DNA of 64,000 nucleotides from Basidiobolus meristosporus CBS 931.73 (Eukaryota > Fungi > Basidiobolomycota): positions 1-64,000 of the forward strand of contig MCFE01000465.1 in assembly GCA_002104905.1 (NCBI GenBank). The letters are read 5' to 3'. Below are positions 14,110 through 26,989 of this stretch, piece by piece. The notes under the pieces are model-generated. The model had not been told where the DNA came from. It saw only the letters and a program-made list of their open reading frames with translations, and searched no databases. Position numbers and translations under genes: made by a program. Position 1 is the first letter of the stretch; each line of letters begins with the position of its first letter.

Positions 14110-14941
14110 ATTGGTGCGAGCTGTTGAGAGAAAAAGAGCACTAAGAAGCACATCTGCACTGGGCCACTTTCTTTTAACAAACCTCCTTGAGTTCCCTAGA
14201 TTATTGATGGTTATTTTGGTGCGACCACTTGATTTTTCTGATGTGTAGGTGCGATATGAAAATGCGTCACCAGGCTGATCCATATTAGGCTAATGGTAAC
14301 GGGAGCATACTTGGTTTCAAGAAAATATTCTACCTCAATGACACCTGAGCAATGCCATTATCAGCAGATTGTGATCATGGCAAGTTGAAGCATTTCCTTT
14401 TTGATTGGATTCATGGGGCAGACTTGAGTGCCTATATACCCCTCAACTCCTTTATTAAGTGTTTTCAGGCTGGTGCGACGGGCCAAGATGCAATGATTGC
14501 GAGCAACAACAAAACCCGATCTCGCACTTGGATGCCAAACCCCTCCAACAAACGAAGATCCCTGAACAAGCCACATGTATGTCACCACCGGGGAGGACCT
14601 CCCGGCGCCTGTATTATATTCTAATTAAACTTTTCGGGAGGGTGGAAACAAAGAAGCACGAAAGTAGAAGAGAGAAGGGAAAAAAAACCAAAGTAGATGA
14701 ATCGTAGGAAATACTGAAGCCGCCCCTAATGTTAGGAAGCTGAATAGCAAGAGCTCGATTGATTTTCGACGGTAGAATAGCAGAAATGAAATTTAGTTTG
14801 GATAACGCTACCCAATAGACATGTAAAGATGAGAGGAGTAAGGGTGGGTGGTGGATTAAGGTTTGTCAGAGTAATTTGTGTAGGGAGGCGACGAACATGT
14901 TGCTTTCCCGATGTAAATGAACAGTGCGAGGAAATTACAGT

Positions 14942-15873
14942 TTAAGAGACATCCATATCTCCACCATTCAAACGCTTCTGTTGCTCTTCCCTGATGCAAT
15001 CTTGGAATCTATGCTGCTTGCTGATTTCATGGATCTTGAACCCGAAGATACGAGGGACGTACCGTTCTGTGGACTTTGGAGGCACTAGATGTGGGTAAAC
15101 TTGGAAAAGCATGTGTGGGAAAGAGGAGCCGAAATAAGCACCATCGATACGTATATCATTAGATAGGCGGGGTTAAGGACAATGTCTCGAGATGATTGGA
15201 GAGGTGCTGGCTTATCAACAGAACAAAAGGATATTTGCATGTCTCGAAGACTTGGGGTTGTATATGTCCTCGCATCTGCAGCAGTAGAGCTTCACCGATC
15301 TAGTAAAAGCAACATCGGAGAGTCCAACCGGCAGCAGTGGGTGATTGTAGCATAAGACGCGTGGGCATCTACCAAACTCGGCCTTCTTATATTTCTCTAC
15401 CTGCGTGTACATGTTAGATATCAATTTGGGATAGCGGTGAGCCAAGATCGAGCTGCACGGCTCAATGCTACAAGTAGTCTCTAAAAAGATATAGCTAACC
15501 ATCTTCGCGAGGCCTCGGTTGGTAAGGACGTATCTAGCATGGATGAGGCCGTAGAGATGACGAGCCGATTTCTCCACCGCCTGTCTCATCTCGTCATCAA
15601 ACTCTTCATCTAATCACGGTTTCAACGGAATAAGGACCGAGGTGCGAAAGTGAACACATATAGAAAAGGTACCGTACCTAACGAATCGGTAATGAGGTCA
15701 AGCGCTTGTACATAGTGCTGAACCTCCGTGTTCAGACCAGTCAGATTGAATCTGTCCAAAATGTACTCCTCATCAACTTCACAAAAGTATTCATTCCCTT
15801 TCGTACTCAAGAACCAATCGATCCAATACTTCATGTAGTCACTATCCGAGTTGCTGCTGCTCATATCATCCAC
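14942..15873 (-). CDS. CSNK2B: Casein kinase II regulatory (beta) subunit, multi-exon; 5' end may include an upstream exon
   Basis: [92 protein letters not shown]. Confidence 0.95.
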
Positions 15874-17631
15874 TGTGTTGGGTAGAAACAGATTAAAATA
15901 CAGACGAATGGTGCAGTGTAAAAATGGATGCTAAAGATGTAGGTTGCAGTTGGAGCGAAAGGGAAAGAGCATGTATGGACTAGCGAAGTTTGCGTGATGC
16001 TGCTAGAGAAAGTTCACAGAGAATATGTGGACGGTAAGGGGTAGGGTAGCCTCTGAGGAATGTTACTTACTGTTGTTCGAATCTTCTGATTGAAATAGAG
16101 CCACTATGACTGTAGGAGTGGAAGTGGGTAGCTGAGTATGAGGGGCAGATGAGACAAAATTCGGGTCAACGACAATATTCTCTGTTTTCTCCTAGGCAAA
16201 GAAATTACTCGGAGGAGGCCATGAAATGCCAAATCCATGGAAAATTATCAGGCGGATAATTACCTGTATTCCAAAAATAAGGTAAAAAAAGGGATCACCA
16301 CATGCGTATAATTGGATTTTTTTCCATCGATGTTTTGCTGCGTAAACAGCTAATGGTAGTGTGTAATTCATTCCACATATCAAATGGTACGTGCATCTAG
16401 CCCAATAGGATCTCATCATGACCAATATGTATATTTCTCATCCAGAGCATATACCGCCTAGACCAAAAACACGAAATAAATACAATTGGAGTGATTTGAT
16501 CCCAGTCTATATAGAAGCTTCTATGACGACTCTTGCTTAGAGGTTGCGTAGAAGAGATGAGGTTTTGGTCAAAGTCCAGCCTGACATGACAGATCGGTGG
16601 CTGATGTTGTCCATCGCATGCCGGAGATGGGAGGCTGGTGAACATTCAAGCACTTGCAAAGTATGTGTGTTTGCGTTGCTCTGACTGCTGAGTATATCAT
16701 ACATTACAGATCAACACATATATGTGAGTAATCCGATCAAAATCCATGGAGCCTGCGAACATGCCAATATCCTATTTAAATAAAGCCAGTCATAAGTGTA
16801 TTCACCTATCAAGAGTGAGTCATGAAAGTCACAGCATAATCGGAGTTGCAGCCGAGGCGGTCATTGGCATTGTGCTGTGAGTGATTGTTCAAGGGAATGG
16901 CACTCCTTCAGTCGATCATTTGCAGCACGTCGAGCACTCCAGTTTGCAGGGTACGCAGTTAGCTAAAGCGGGATTTCTGTTGGCTCCCGAGGCATAACGA
17001 AAGGCTACCTTGCAAGTATAGATTAATATGGGCGCAGGTCCAGGCGCCTAGCAGTACAAATACCTGGTCATATGGTAGGGCGGCAAGGGATGTAAATCCT
17101 TTATTGATAGCTATATCGTGGAAACAGGTTGGGGCTACTATTTATAGGGGCACATTCTATTCACCAGGATACGAGGACTTGTCCTTTACCATGGTCGATG
17201 TGATAGCGTAGACGAAATGTAGAACGGTTTCAAGTTGTCGAATGCATCAACTGAAGTGCTATGTCGTAGGATCAGGGGTTTCCGGTACGAAGGATATATA
17301 TATGATGACCGGTTCCCGTGGGAAAGCTGATAACCCAACAACACAATTTGTCCGTGGCTATTTCCAATTCAATAAACACCAGAGGAATATTTTGATGCAA
17401 ATGTGAACCTGGATACAGCAGAAATGAATTAAGCAGTAGAGGCATTGCGTACTCCTAATTGGGCCGGGTTTACGAATGGCTGCCACATGCTTTCAAGTGC
17501 TTGTTGTAAGAAAAAGGAACGTAAAGATAGATTTATAGTTCAAAGGGCATAAATATGATAAAACGAAAAGATTGGTAGTCAAATCTAATATAATATATGC
17601 TACGCTTGTATCCTATTTTTGGTGGGGTCCA

Positions 17632-20600
17632 TCATTGAAGTGCATAGGCTAGTCGCTTCATGGTCACAAACGCCTGTGCTGTAAATCCAAGTCCAATCTT
17701 AACAAATCCAAGAATGAGATCTGCTTCGTTGACCGAGAGTTTGTCATAGACGTCTTTGTCCAACTTCCATAGAACACTGTCGATTTCAGCAACCAAAGTA
17801 TCCCGACGCAACTGGTTTGTAAACACACTCATTTCTCCAATCATAACGCCTGGAATAACTGTCTCGATCACTTTGCTGTGTTGATTCATTTCAACAGAAA
17901 AGTGCAGAAGCCCTTGTTCAACCAGATAGAGTGCATCGGGTTCATCGTCTTGATCCCATAGAACTGTACCCGCTCTCACCTCAAGTCTCTGAAAATGCGC
18001 ACTGATGCGACGGAGGATATCTTCATAATTTTCAAATGAAGTTTCTTGGAAAATTTGAAGCAGAAGTGCCAAAGGCTGATTAACTTGCCCTAAGGACTTA
18101 CGAGTGGTAGGCTCATCATCAAGAGCAGCACGGGCAGCATCCTTCAGAAGACGTTGGCGTGGTGAGGCAGGTGCGAACGAGATCTCGGACCGGGTATCAT
18201 GCCTAGAGTCGGGAATATCAATGGTGTTTGGTGATGCAAGTAGAGCGGCGCGGATGAGGTAGTCAGCCTGGAGCAGGACGTTTTCACACCATTCCAGCGC
18301 GGCATTTAAGTCGAGGAAGTTTTGAACGTGAGCGTCATCAAATCCTCCCCAAATCTGAAACGCGCGGAGGGCAACTCCGATATCTGAATCAGCACTGACA
18401 CCAGATACAACCATATAGACGTCATTGCTCTTTAGTAGTCGCTTTACGCGGACGAAAGCTTCAGCTGCACTAAAGTCAAGCCCTTGAACCAACTGGAAAT
18501 CCAAAACTAAGAAGCGGATGGGATTCATCACCCATTGTCTGGCATCAAGGATCTCTCGGATATTGTTCTCTACTCCGTTGATTGACCCGAAGAACATAAA
18601 CCCTTGCAAACGCAACACTTGGATCATGGAGCCGACCTCGTTCAAGAAGCGTTGCTGTAGGCGTGGTCTTCGTACAGTACTCTTCGCCGTTAGACCAGTT
18701 AAAGAAGCCCTGATTGCTCTGCGAGTGCTGCATAGATACACAAAGAAGATACATGCCAAGACAACTCCGAAGAACATTCCCTCAATGAACCCAAAGATTG
18801 CCATGGAGATGACAATGGTCAGGATGGTGGTGTATTCCAAGATGTCCACATGGCCTATAGGATCCCATATCCCTTCTTTCATTAGCTCCATGCCTATGTG
18901 GAAAATCAATCCACCCACCACCATGGTTGGTATGTAGCCAACCATGGTGGGTCCTATTAGAAAGATAATGGTCGTTCCAAGAGCCAACATTAACCCAGCC
19001 ACTCTGGAGTCACCGCCACACTTGATGAAGAGCGTGCTGGTAGAATACATGAGATAGTCTGGAATACGCAACCATTTAGGAATAAGCCACATAACGTAGA
19101 TTGTGGGGGAGGTACTTACTTTGGAACGAGCCTAAGAAGCCTGATCCAAGATTGGAGTAACCATGGGCCACTAATTCTTTGTTAACATCCACATTATCCT
19201 GATTATTGGTTACAGCCAAGGCAGGAACATTGATAGGCACATGTAGGATACCTGTTTAGAGTAGATCCAACAGTGGTTAGATGATTGTGGTACACATTGT
19301 AGAGCGCCATTGGAAAACCATGAACAATGACCATACCAAAGAAGGTTAGAGCCGAAATAACCGGGATCAGTGAGGGCAAGGTTGACCATTTTGTTTGAGA
19401 AAAGTCTGGTGTAGAGATCAATCAATCTCGCTTAGTTCATGGCCAAGCTGTTTGTGTTAAATATGGGTTATTACCGAAATGAGTCCAATAGTCGTAGAAG
19501 GGCTTTGATTCTGGTAACGGGAAGACCCAACCGGAGGTACGGAGTTCCTCCATTGTCCACCCGCCGAAGAAAACAACGCTGTAGAAGAGGACGGGAATTG
19601 AGAGGAAGAAACACGGAACAAACATTGGGTGCTTGATCTTTTTCTGCAGCATCCGCATCAGCAACGCGGCACCAAGACTACTCGCCCACAAGGCCAAAAC
19701 TGAAGGCTCGAGGTATTTCTTGAGGATATCGGGTGCAAAGGAAAATGAAGGGGTTCTGGAAGAGACCTCTATAGCAGTCTGGAACAAAAACCATCCAACT
19801 CCGCCTATTTGACAAAATGGATGTTAGAGCACACCGTTCTTAAAAATCAGACTCAAAGCATATTACCAATGCAGCCAACGAGGATATGACGTGGGAAAAA
19901 TCCCACCAGTGAGCCAAGCTTGAAGACACCCAAAAGCATAAATGTTAACCCAGTAAAAATCGTGGCTGCTGCATAGCCGACCATAACCGTAGCAACAACA
20001 GCCTTAGGGTTTTCTTCTCCCACATCACGGATGACAATGTCGCAGCTAGAATCTCCTGTTAGCAACCAAGGCCTAAACCCCAGGATCGTCAGTACTTACA
20101 TGGTATACAGAAATGGGATTACTAATATTCAGTAACAATCGTTAGATGCTCATCGCGTTGCTTGGTTAAGTTCAAGATGTGCAGTACCTTCCAACATCAT
20201 ACCAGCATTAGCTCCCTTGAATGCGCTACCTCCAGCCGAGAATACGATTTGTCCTACGATACAACTTACAAGATACATGGATATACCATCCGGGCCGAAG
20301 CTAGCGAAGATGGGGTGGGCAGTTGGAAAACAGATGAACCCGTATGATACTGCGTTCAACAGATTCAGTATAACCCCAAGTGCCACTGCTGGCAAAAATT
20401 GGGCAGAATACTTGAGAAACTCTACTGGGTCCCTAGGTATCTCCTGAGGGCTCTCTATTGGAGCCTCTTTTGCATAATGGGCAGAATAGATGGATCTGGC
20501 AATACTCCTGCGTCTAGACCACTTTGCGGAAGCTGAATCGTCGACAGTATCGTCGCCCGGCAACAGAGAGTTATATCCTTTGATGAGCAACGATAATCGT

Positions 20601-21210
20601 TCGGGGTCTATGTTGGAGGAATGCGGATAAGTGTCGTCCAAGAGCTCATCCGTCCTGTCGTCCCCAAGGTCGTCTTCAACCATTCCGACTGTCGCCCTAA
20701 CAACTGCATCCATCAAACTCAAATGCCTATCGGAGCGATGAATAGTGGAATAAGAGGAGGCAACGTCGATGTTTTCCGGATCATTCAGATTTCCGTAGAA
20801 TGCCCCATAGTTCATTCCGCCTGAGTGATAGCTCCCATTTTCCATAGAAGCTGTTTGGCGTAACGGAAGCCCATAGTGAGTGGGCGAGGACTGAGATAAA
20901 CCTTGCACTGTTGCATAATTATTGAAGGGCTGGTTAGAGTGCGATATTCCCAGCAAGCCAGGGCTAGCACTGTTGGCGTCGTTGAGAGCCCAGTTACTCA
21001 GCGCCAACGTCTGCGAACGAAGAGTATCAGGTGAGAGAGAGTATTCCTGACCTGAATAGAAAGTCTTAGTATACCGAAAACGCTCGAGCCGTTGTAAAGG
21101 GACCTACCAGCATCGTGCTCACTTTGAGGTCGACCAAACAAAGACTTGACGCTTTTGCGTTTACGAATGCTCTGAGCGGGGTTATCGACGGGTACGTTTA
21201 TCCTATCCAT
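17632..21210 (-). CDS. VSB1: SLC26/SulP-family transporter with STAS and cyclic-nucleotide-binding domains (Vsb1/YGR125W-like), multi-exon
   Basis: [38 protein letters not shown] segments, [36 protein letters not shown], cNMP-like [27 protein letters not shown]. Confidence 0.88.
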
Positions 21211-24200
21211 GTTGGACTAAATAGCAAGACTTTCGTAAAGGCTCCGCTAAAGGGTATCCTGTAACCGTAGTGGCGTGGAGAAGAAAGGAATCGGTGCTAA
21301 CGAGGGGTATAAACGTGGACTATCGATAGGGAGTTCGACTGTGCTCGGGGTATGCGGAATACTACTATTAAAAAGGAAAGGCAGACGAGAGCTATGTAGA
21401 TGTAACACCGTCTGAAGAATCTGGACTTCAGCAGGGTGATTTCATTTATAGGCAACTGACACTACCCTTTACCAATGACCCGAAGGGATTCGATTAACCA
21501 AATCAGCAAGTAAGCAACGTTGTGCCTAGCGATCAACCAAGAATCAGGTAATAAGAATACGATAAATGCGGCACAAAAGATATGAAAACATTTGAAATCA
21601 CCACTAAAGGAGTTTCGTCGTCCGATTGTGACTTGCAAGGAGCCATTCAAGCACTCACCATGTGACAATTAACCATTAGTCTAATCAATCAAGAACTCCA
21701 TACGCATGGCTAGAAACATAAAACGTGGAGGGAGACACCAAATCCGTGGTAATGATTTCAGAATGCATAAGTAGGAGTGAACGTTATTCCAAAACCCGGA
21801 GTAGGAAGCTCCTAGATGACAGTAATTAGGGGTATGCCAGAAACCTCATTGTAATTGAAATACCGTGTGAGGCCACGATGGAGATGTGCCTGTAATTAGC
21901 ATCCAGGCGAGATCAAGCTAATCTGAGTACAACATTGGCACTACGAAGCATACTGGAGCCAAGGATAGATTAAAATGACACTTCGGAAGGGAACTATATT
22001 CGCATTTAATCAAGTAGAAAAAGGCAATACGCATGGCTCTGTTCGGCACCATATAAATCCATACCACCCTCGCCAGACAGAGAATAAATAATCGAGAAAG
22101 CGGATCGTTGGAATGATGTCAGCTCAATGTTGTACATGAGTAGGACCCATTCTGGTGGAATGTTGCGAGAGGCCCATGCAATGTAGATACCTGTGATGGC
22201 TGCAGCCCTGAAGTCAAAGCTCTTTCGCACACACAATTGACATGTTCTTGTCCTAGCAATGGAGATTTCCGGACTTGCACTGCATCACTACCACCAAATG
22301 GTATACAGACTTCATGAATATCACACCCTTACCGCATTGGTGGTTCTTCAACAGTCAATGCGGTGCTGGCTTGGACACATGGTTTTGGAGTACACAATGT
22401 GCTGAATTTGCTTATTAGATCCACATTGCTGATGTATAGCCTATGTGCGGGTCTGGGATATTATGGTGAATGTATGATTGCTGGTATATTGAATCCGAGT
22501 TGGTATTGGTAAAAGTGGCCAGCAGTGTGATTGGTTATGCTCATAGCACAGTTCTATATCCAGCACCAGGACGACGCAAGCCATGTAAACACCTCTTATG
22601 GCTCTAATGAGTAATGGTTGGTAACCGTTATGTAACGTTCTCAGGATTTGGTACTAATCACATATCAAACATGTAAATAACAAATTATGTAATGTTTGGT
22701 GGTTGATGATTGCTGATGACTACTAATGAATTTGAGACATACCCAAACCAAAGGGGTATCCTATCCAATAAAATCAGCAATCTACCACAGCCTGAACCGT
22801 AGAGGACCATCACCACCAACTGCAGCATCCCAGCGCTGTAACAAATGGTTATTAGATGTGAAGCTGAGCGGGAGAGAGGGAGTCAATTGGAAGAACGATT
22901 CGTTAACTTTCGTGAATGGTTGTTTATTTCGTGTGTACCTTTTGACAGACGAGGCCTGATGTCAGGGGCGCAAACACCCACAAACATCTTGCATGTCAAT
23001 GCTCCCTTGAGTTCAAGGGACCACACAGCAATCACGATATTCCAATTTAGTACTGCGCTGGTGGGCCCCCAGTACCTGAATTAACCTGCTCATCAGGAAT
23101 GCAACCAAGTAGCAGGAAACTGCACATTCCTCAGTATATATGGAGCTACACTTGCGCTATGCGTTCACGGGATATATTCAGCATTTGACAACCATCCCAT
23201 TAGATAAAAAACGAAGACACATACTACGTAGTTCGGTGGTGGTGCAGGTTCTGCCAACCTGCTCCAGAAGTAGTGGTGTGGCTCTGCCGAACAAGGTTTC
23301 CAGCGAAACAGTATCAAGGCAGTGCCCAATAGAGCGAATTCAAGAAATTAATAGAATTCCCATGTGACCAATGCAGGTCCAGAAAAGTCATTAAACAGTA
23401 AGAAAAGGATTGATCAAATATTTGTTATGTAGTGGCTGAATGCATATGATGGTATGGTAACGAGAGGCTAAGGGAATGGGTCAACGTGTATCGAACAAGT
23501 CGGCGATGCGATAGACGAGAAAAGCTTACACCGACATGCATGAGAAGGCAGATTAATATTAGCGTTGATTAGTTGCGCTCAATGTGATTCACCACCCAAT
23601 TAAAAAATACAGTGCAATATATCAACTTGCAGAAGTGTTGCAAGAGAGGTATGTTTTGGAATCGGCAGCCAATTATAGGATTCGCCGTCTCGCTTGGTGG
23701 AGGTGTGAGATTGCGATGTGAGAATCTTGGAACTCGAGAACGCGTTGGAGGCGGATTTGATTGGCTACTATATATATCAAGTACAATAGATCCACCAATT
23801 CCCTTCAGATGCGCAAAATTGAAGCCAGTTATTTGATGTCTGAAGGTTACCTTTGAGAAAGGGGTGGACAAGGGAAGTGAAAGTCGCACACCTTTAATTA
23901 TTATTTTCGATTGCAAATGTATTTGAAACATGCTCCAATCAGCCAACTTCGGGATCCTGACTGACTTTCCCTAAAGTATATGAATGGTAGAAGCGCCAAT
24001 TTCTCTCTGTTTGTCGGTAGGAATTGACATTCTCTTCAAAGTGGAACCCCACTCCGGCTTCGATTTTAAATATACGTGAGCATGCAGTTTGCACATTTCC
24101 CCAGAGACCACATGGTACCTTGGCCACTTGCTATTCAAGGCATGCTCTCGTTGCTTTGCTAACTTTGTCATGACACTTGTATTTCAATCTAGTTCGAAGC

Positions 24201-24228
24201 AAGAAATGAGTCGACTGAGGTAGCGCAC

Positions 24229-25578
24229 GTGGAGAGAATGAAGCACAATCTAGACAAATACTCCGTGCTTCGAAAGCAAAGGTCAATGGATGTTCTGGAG
24301 AAGAATGCTCGGCCCAAGCAGCCTACCCGGGCTCGGAAAAGCTTAGGTAGCATGGCCAGGGTGTCCACAGAGACTGACAGCAGCAGTGATTCAGAAAATG
24401 GTCTTTCTCTTGAGCACACCAAGGACTTTGCTTTGAATCTTTTCCGTCGCAAGAAGGATCGGAGGGAGTCAAGTCCGACTACGAGCTCGATAGGTTATAA
24501 TCATTGTGAAACGGAGAAACATCTGTCTGAAATAAGAGCCGATCATCAGAGAACACTTGCTGACGCTGGAGCACCATTGTCTCCTCCTCCTCGAAAGGAA
24601 TCCATTTCTAGTAGTTCGGTTCCAATACATAGAATCCCTTCATCTCTGGTGCACCCACATCAGAGAAACGACACGCAGATACCATCCAATACCTCTGAAC
24701 ACCCTCAGTATTATCCATCACAAGCGCACGCAGAACACACAAACTCAAGTACGAATTCACATAGTACAGGCCATGTATACCCGACATCCAGGAGCTGCAC
24801 TTACAATGTAAATCGCCATAGTAGCCCAATGCCTGAAGTAGAAAGTGCAAACCATCGCTCGACAAAAAACGTTCGATTTTCCATTACAAGAGGCAGTTCG
24901 CCCACGCTTCAAAGAATGTCTAATGTGGTTGGCGTACATAGAAGAAGCTCAATACGAGGACGTTATAGTTACAGCGGTAGTACTGACAAATCGACAAACC
25001 ATCTCCAAGAAGAAGCACAGACATCGATCGAATATGATACTACCGAAAATAGTTCATCCTTAGCGGAATACCGGCTCACCACAGATGCCATAGATCATTC
25101 GATATACCAGACGGATGCCTTGACAGCGGAGGCAAGGTTTCAAAAGCAATTCCAGGTGGAGGTGTTCCAGCTTCCACCGAGTTCACGCGACAGCATTCTA
25201 CGAGAAAGCAAGTCCCAAGAGTCCCCACTTTATACATCAAGCGACTCCAAGAGTACTGAGAACTCAGAGCAAGAAGACGATAACATTGCAAGTAGCGTGG
25301 AGGCGTCTCAAAACAATACGGGAAAGATGAAAAACGAAAGGGCGGAGTTGCTACAGGAGATCGAACTCCTCCGACGGCAGCTAAAGGCTGAGACGGAGGC
25401 CAAGCAACAAGTAACGATTACCCTTGAAAATGCCCGGCGTCAGTTCGATCGTATCTCAACCGCATCATTCCTCAAACTCAAGGAGGTTTCCAAAGAAAAC
25501 AAACGCCTAGCTAACGAGTTAAAGGCCTTGAACGGGCGAGTGACTACTTCTGGATACAGCTCTCGAAGGGCGAAGTAA
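24229..25578 (+). CDS. Uncharacterised Ser/Thr-rich, probably disordered protein with C-terminal coiled coil (first ATG at 24238; a 5' exon is possible)
   Basis: Uninterrupted 449-codon ORF; heptad-like tail RAELLQEIELLRRQLKAETEAKQQ..ENARRQFDRI..ENKRLANELKAL. Confidence 0.7.
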   Translation: MERMKHNLDKYSVLRKQRSMDVLEKNARPKQPTRARKSLGSMARVSTETDSSSDSENGLSLEHTKDFALNLFRRKKDRRESSPTTSSIGYNHCETEKHLSEIRADHQRTLADAGAPLSPPPRKESISSSSVPIHRIPSSLVHPHQRNDTQIPSNTSEHPQYYPSQAHAEHTNSSTNSHSTGHVYPTSRSCTYNVNRHSSPMPEVESANHRSTKNVRFSITRGSSPTLQRMSNVVGVHRRSSIRGRYSYSGSTDKSTNHLQEEAQTSIEYDTTENSSSLAEYRLTTDAIDHSIYQTDALTAEARFQKQFQVEVFQLPPSSRDSILRESKSQESPLYTSSDSKSTENSEQEDDNIASSVEASQNNTGKMKNERAELLQEIELLRRQLKAETEAKQQVTITLENARRQFDRISTASFLKLKEVSKENKRLANELKALNGRVTTSGYSSRRAK

Positions 25579-26334
25579 ATTCTCCGGTGGTAGGGCTGAT
25601 CTACTCGAATCCCTTTCAGACCGGTGCTTCATCTCAATTTCTGTAACCATATTTCATTCCTCCCCGTGCTCCTATCGCCCCCTCTCTTGTTCATGAAAGG
25701 CGAATTGACCGGAATGTAATTATCGTTGATTCTGATTTTGTCCATTTTGAGTTCACATTTCTTGGTGATGCTGGTACTGGGCGTTGCGCCATTTGTACTA
25801 GCGATCATATATCGATAATATTGGAGACAAGCTGAATTCCATTGGCTACATCGGGGCGTCGAAAGTAAGACAATGCTTGGTAGGTATAAATAGTGTTGAG
25901 ACCCATGCATGCCCAACGCCAAACAATAAAGCTTATTTCTCCAAATCAACATGCTGAGTCAGCCCCTAGAGAAGCCAGATTCATTCGATCCCCGGAGAAT
26001 GCTTGGGCATGTTGGCCAGCCTGTGGAGAAGGCTCGAACTCTGATTAGTGTCAGTGCTTCGCTATCTGACGCCGTATTTCAGGTTTGTAACTTAAAGTAG
26101 CAACCATTCGTGGTGACTATTTGAAACATCCGCGGCTCTCAGATGCCTACGAAGCCATTCAGCCATCGTTCGAACAGGGCAGCTTTAGACTACTCATATG
26201 AGAGCTGCCTTGTCAGAATTCTATATTATGCTCGAACTCTGACGCATAAATAACCTTCTCTCCAAAAAAGGGAAATCATTCGTTTCCCATGGTACACGTG
26301 AGTGAACGCGGGGTTGGATCCGACTTTACCAAAG

Positions 26335-26342
26335 TATATAAA
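26335..26342 (+). promoter_or_regulatory. TATA-like box upstream of Kunitz gene 1
   Basis: TATATAAA about 40 nt before ATG 26381; an equivalent TATATAA lies at 28991-28997 before the paralogue. Confidence 0.45.
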
Positions 26343-26380
26343 CTCTGCTTCCCGAACTAGCGGCATTTAGGATTTCTATC

Positions 26381-26989
26381 ATGTACAAGCTTCTATATCT
26401 TATGGCGCTACCTCTTGCTGTATTATGCAAGTCCCCAACCACAGATCACTTACCCCGACAGTGTTACCGTAAAGGAGATCCTGGAAGGTGCTTGGCCTAT
26501 ATTCCTAGTTGGGAATACAATCCTGCTACCAAAACCTGCCAGCAGTTCATCTATGGTGGTTGCGGAGGCTACGTTCCATTTAAAAGCCTGGAGGAATGCC
26601 GTCGAGACTGTAGGGTCCCTGCTGGATCCAACAAGCCCAAGGCTTGCTACCGCAAAGGGGAGACCGGTCCATGCAGAGCAGTAATCCCGTCATGGCAATA
26701 CAACACGAAGTCTGGAAAATGTGAAGAGTTCACCTATGGCGGATGCAAAGGGTACGTTCCGTTCAAGACCGAAAACAGGTGTAGAGCCGAGTGCGAGGGG
26801 GAGAAACCCAATCCTTTACCAAAAGTCTGTAAACGGCGGGGTGAGACGGGGCCATGTAGAGCATCGATTCGAGCGTGGGAGTATGATGAAGCTAGTGGTC
26901 AGTGTCGTTCATTCGTGTATGGTGGGTGTAAAGGATACGTGCCATTCAGAGCAAAGGAGCAATGCCAAAATACCTGTATTGCCAAGTAA
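26381..26989 (+). CDS. Secreted three-domain Kunitz/BPTI-type serine protease inhibitor
   Basis: Signal peptide MYKLLYLMALPLAVLC followed by three repeats with C-x8-C-x15-C-x7(F-x-YGG)-C-x11-C-x3-C; intronless. Confidence 0.92.
   Translation: MYKLLYLMALPLAVLCKSPTTDHLPRQCYRKGDPGRCLAYIPSWEYNPATKTCQQFIYGGCGGYVPFKSLEECRRDCRVPAGSNKPKACYRKGETGPCRAVIPSWQYNTKSGKCEEFTYGGCKGYVPFKTENRCRAECEGEKPNPLPKVCKRRGETGPCRASIRAWEYDEASGQCRSFVYGGCKGYVPFRAKEQCQNTCIAK

Noticed and set aside
13900-14283. 127-aa ORF extending upstream of the STRAP start
   Set aside because: Only the part from ATG 14109 is STRAP; the rest is open 5' leader and intron read-through.
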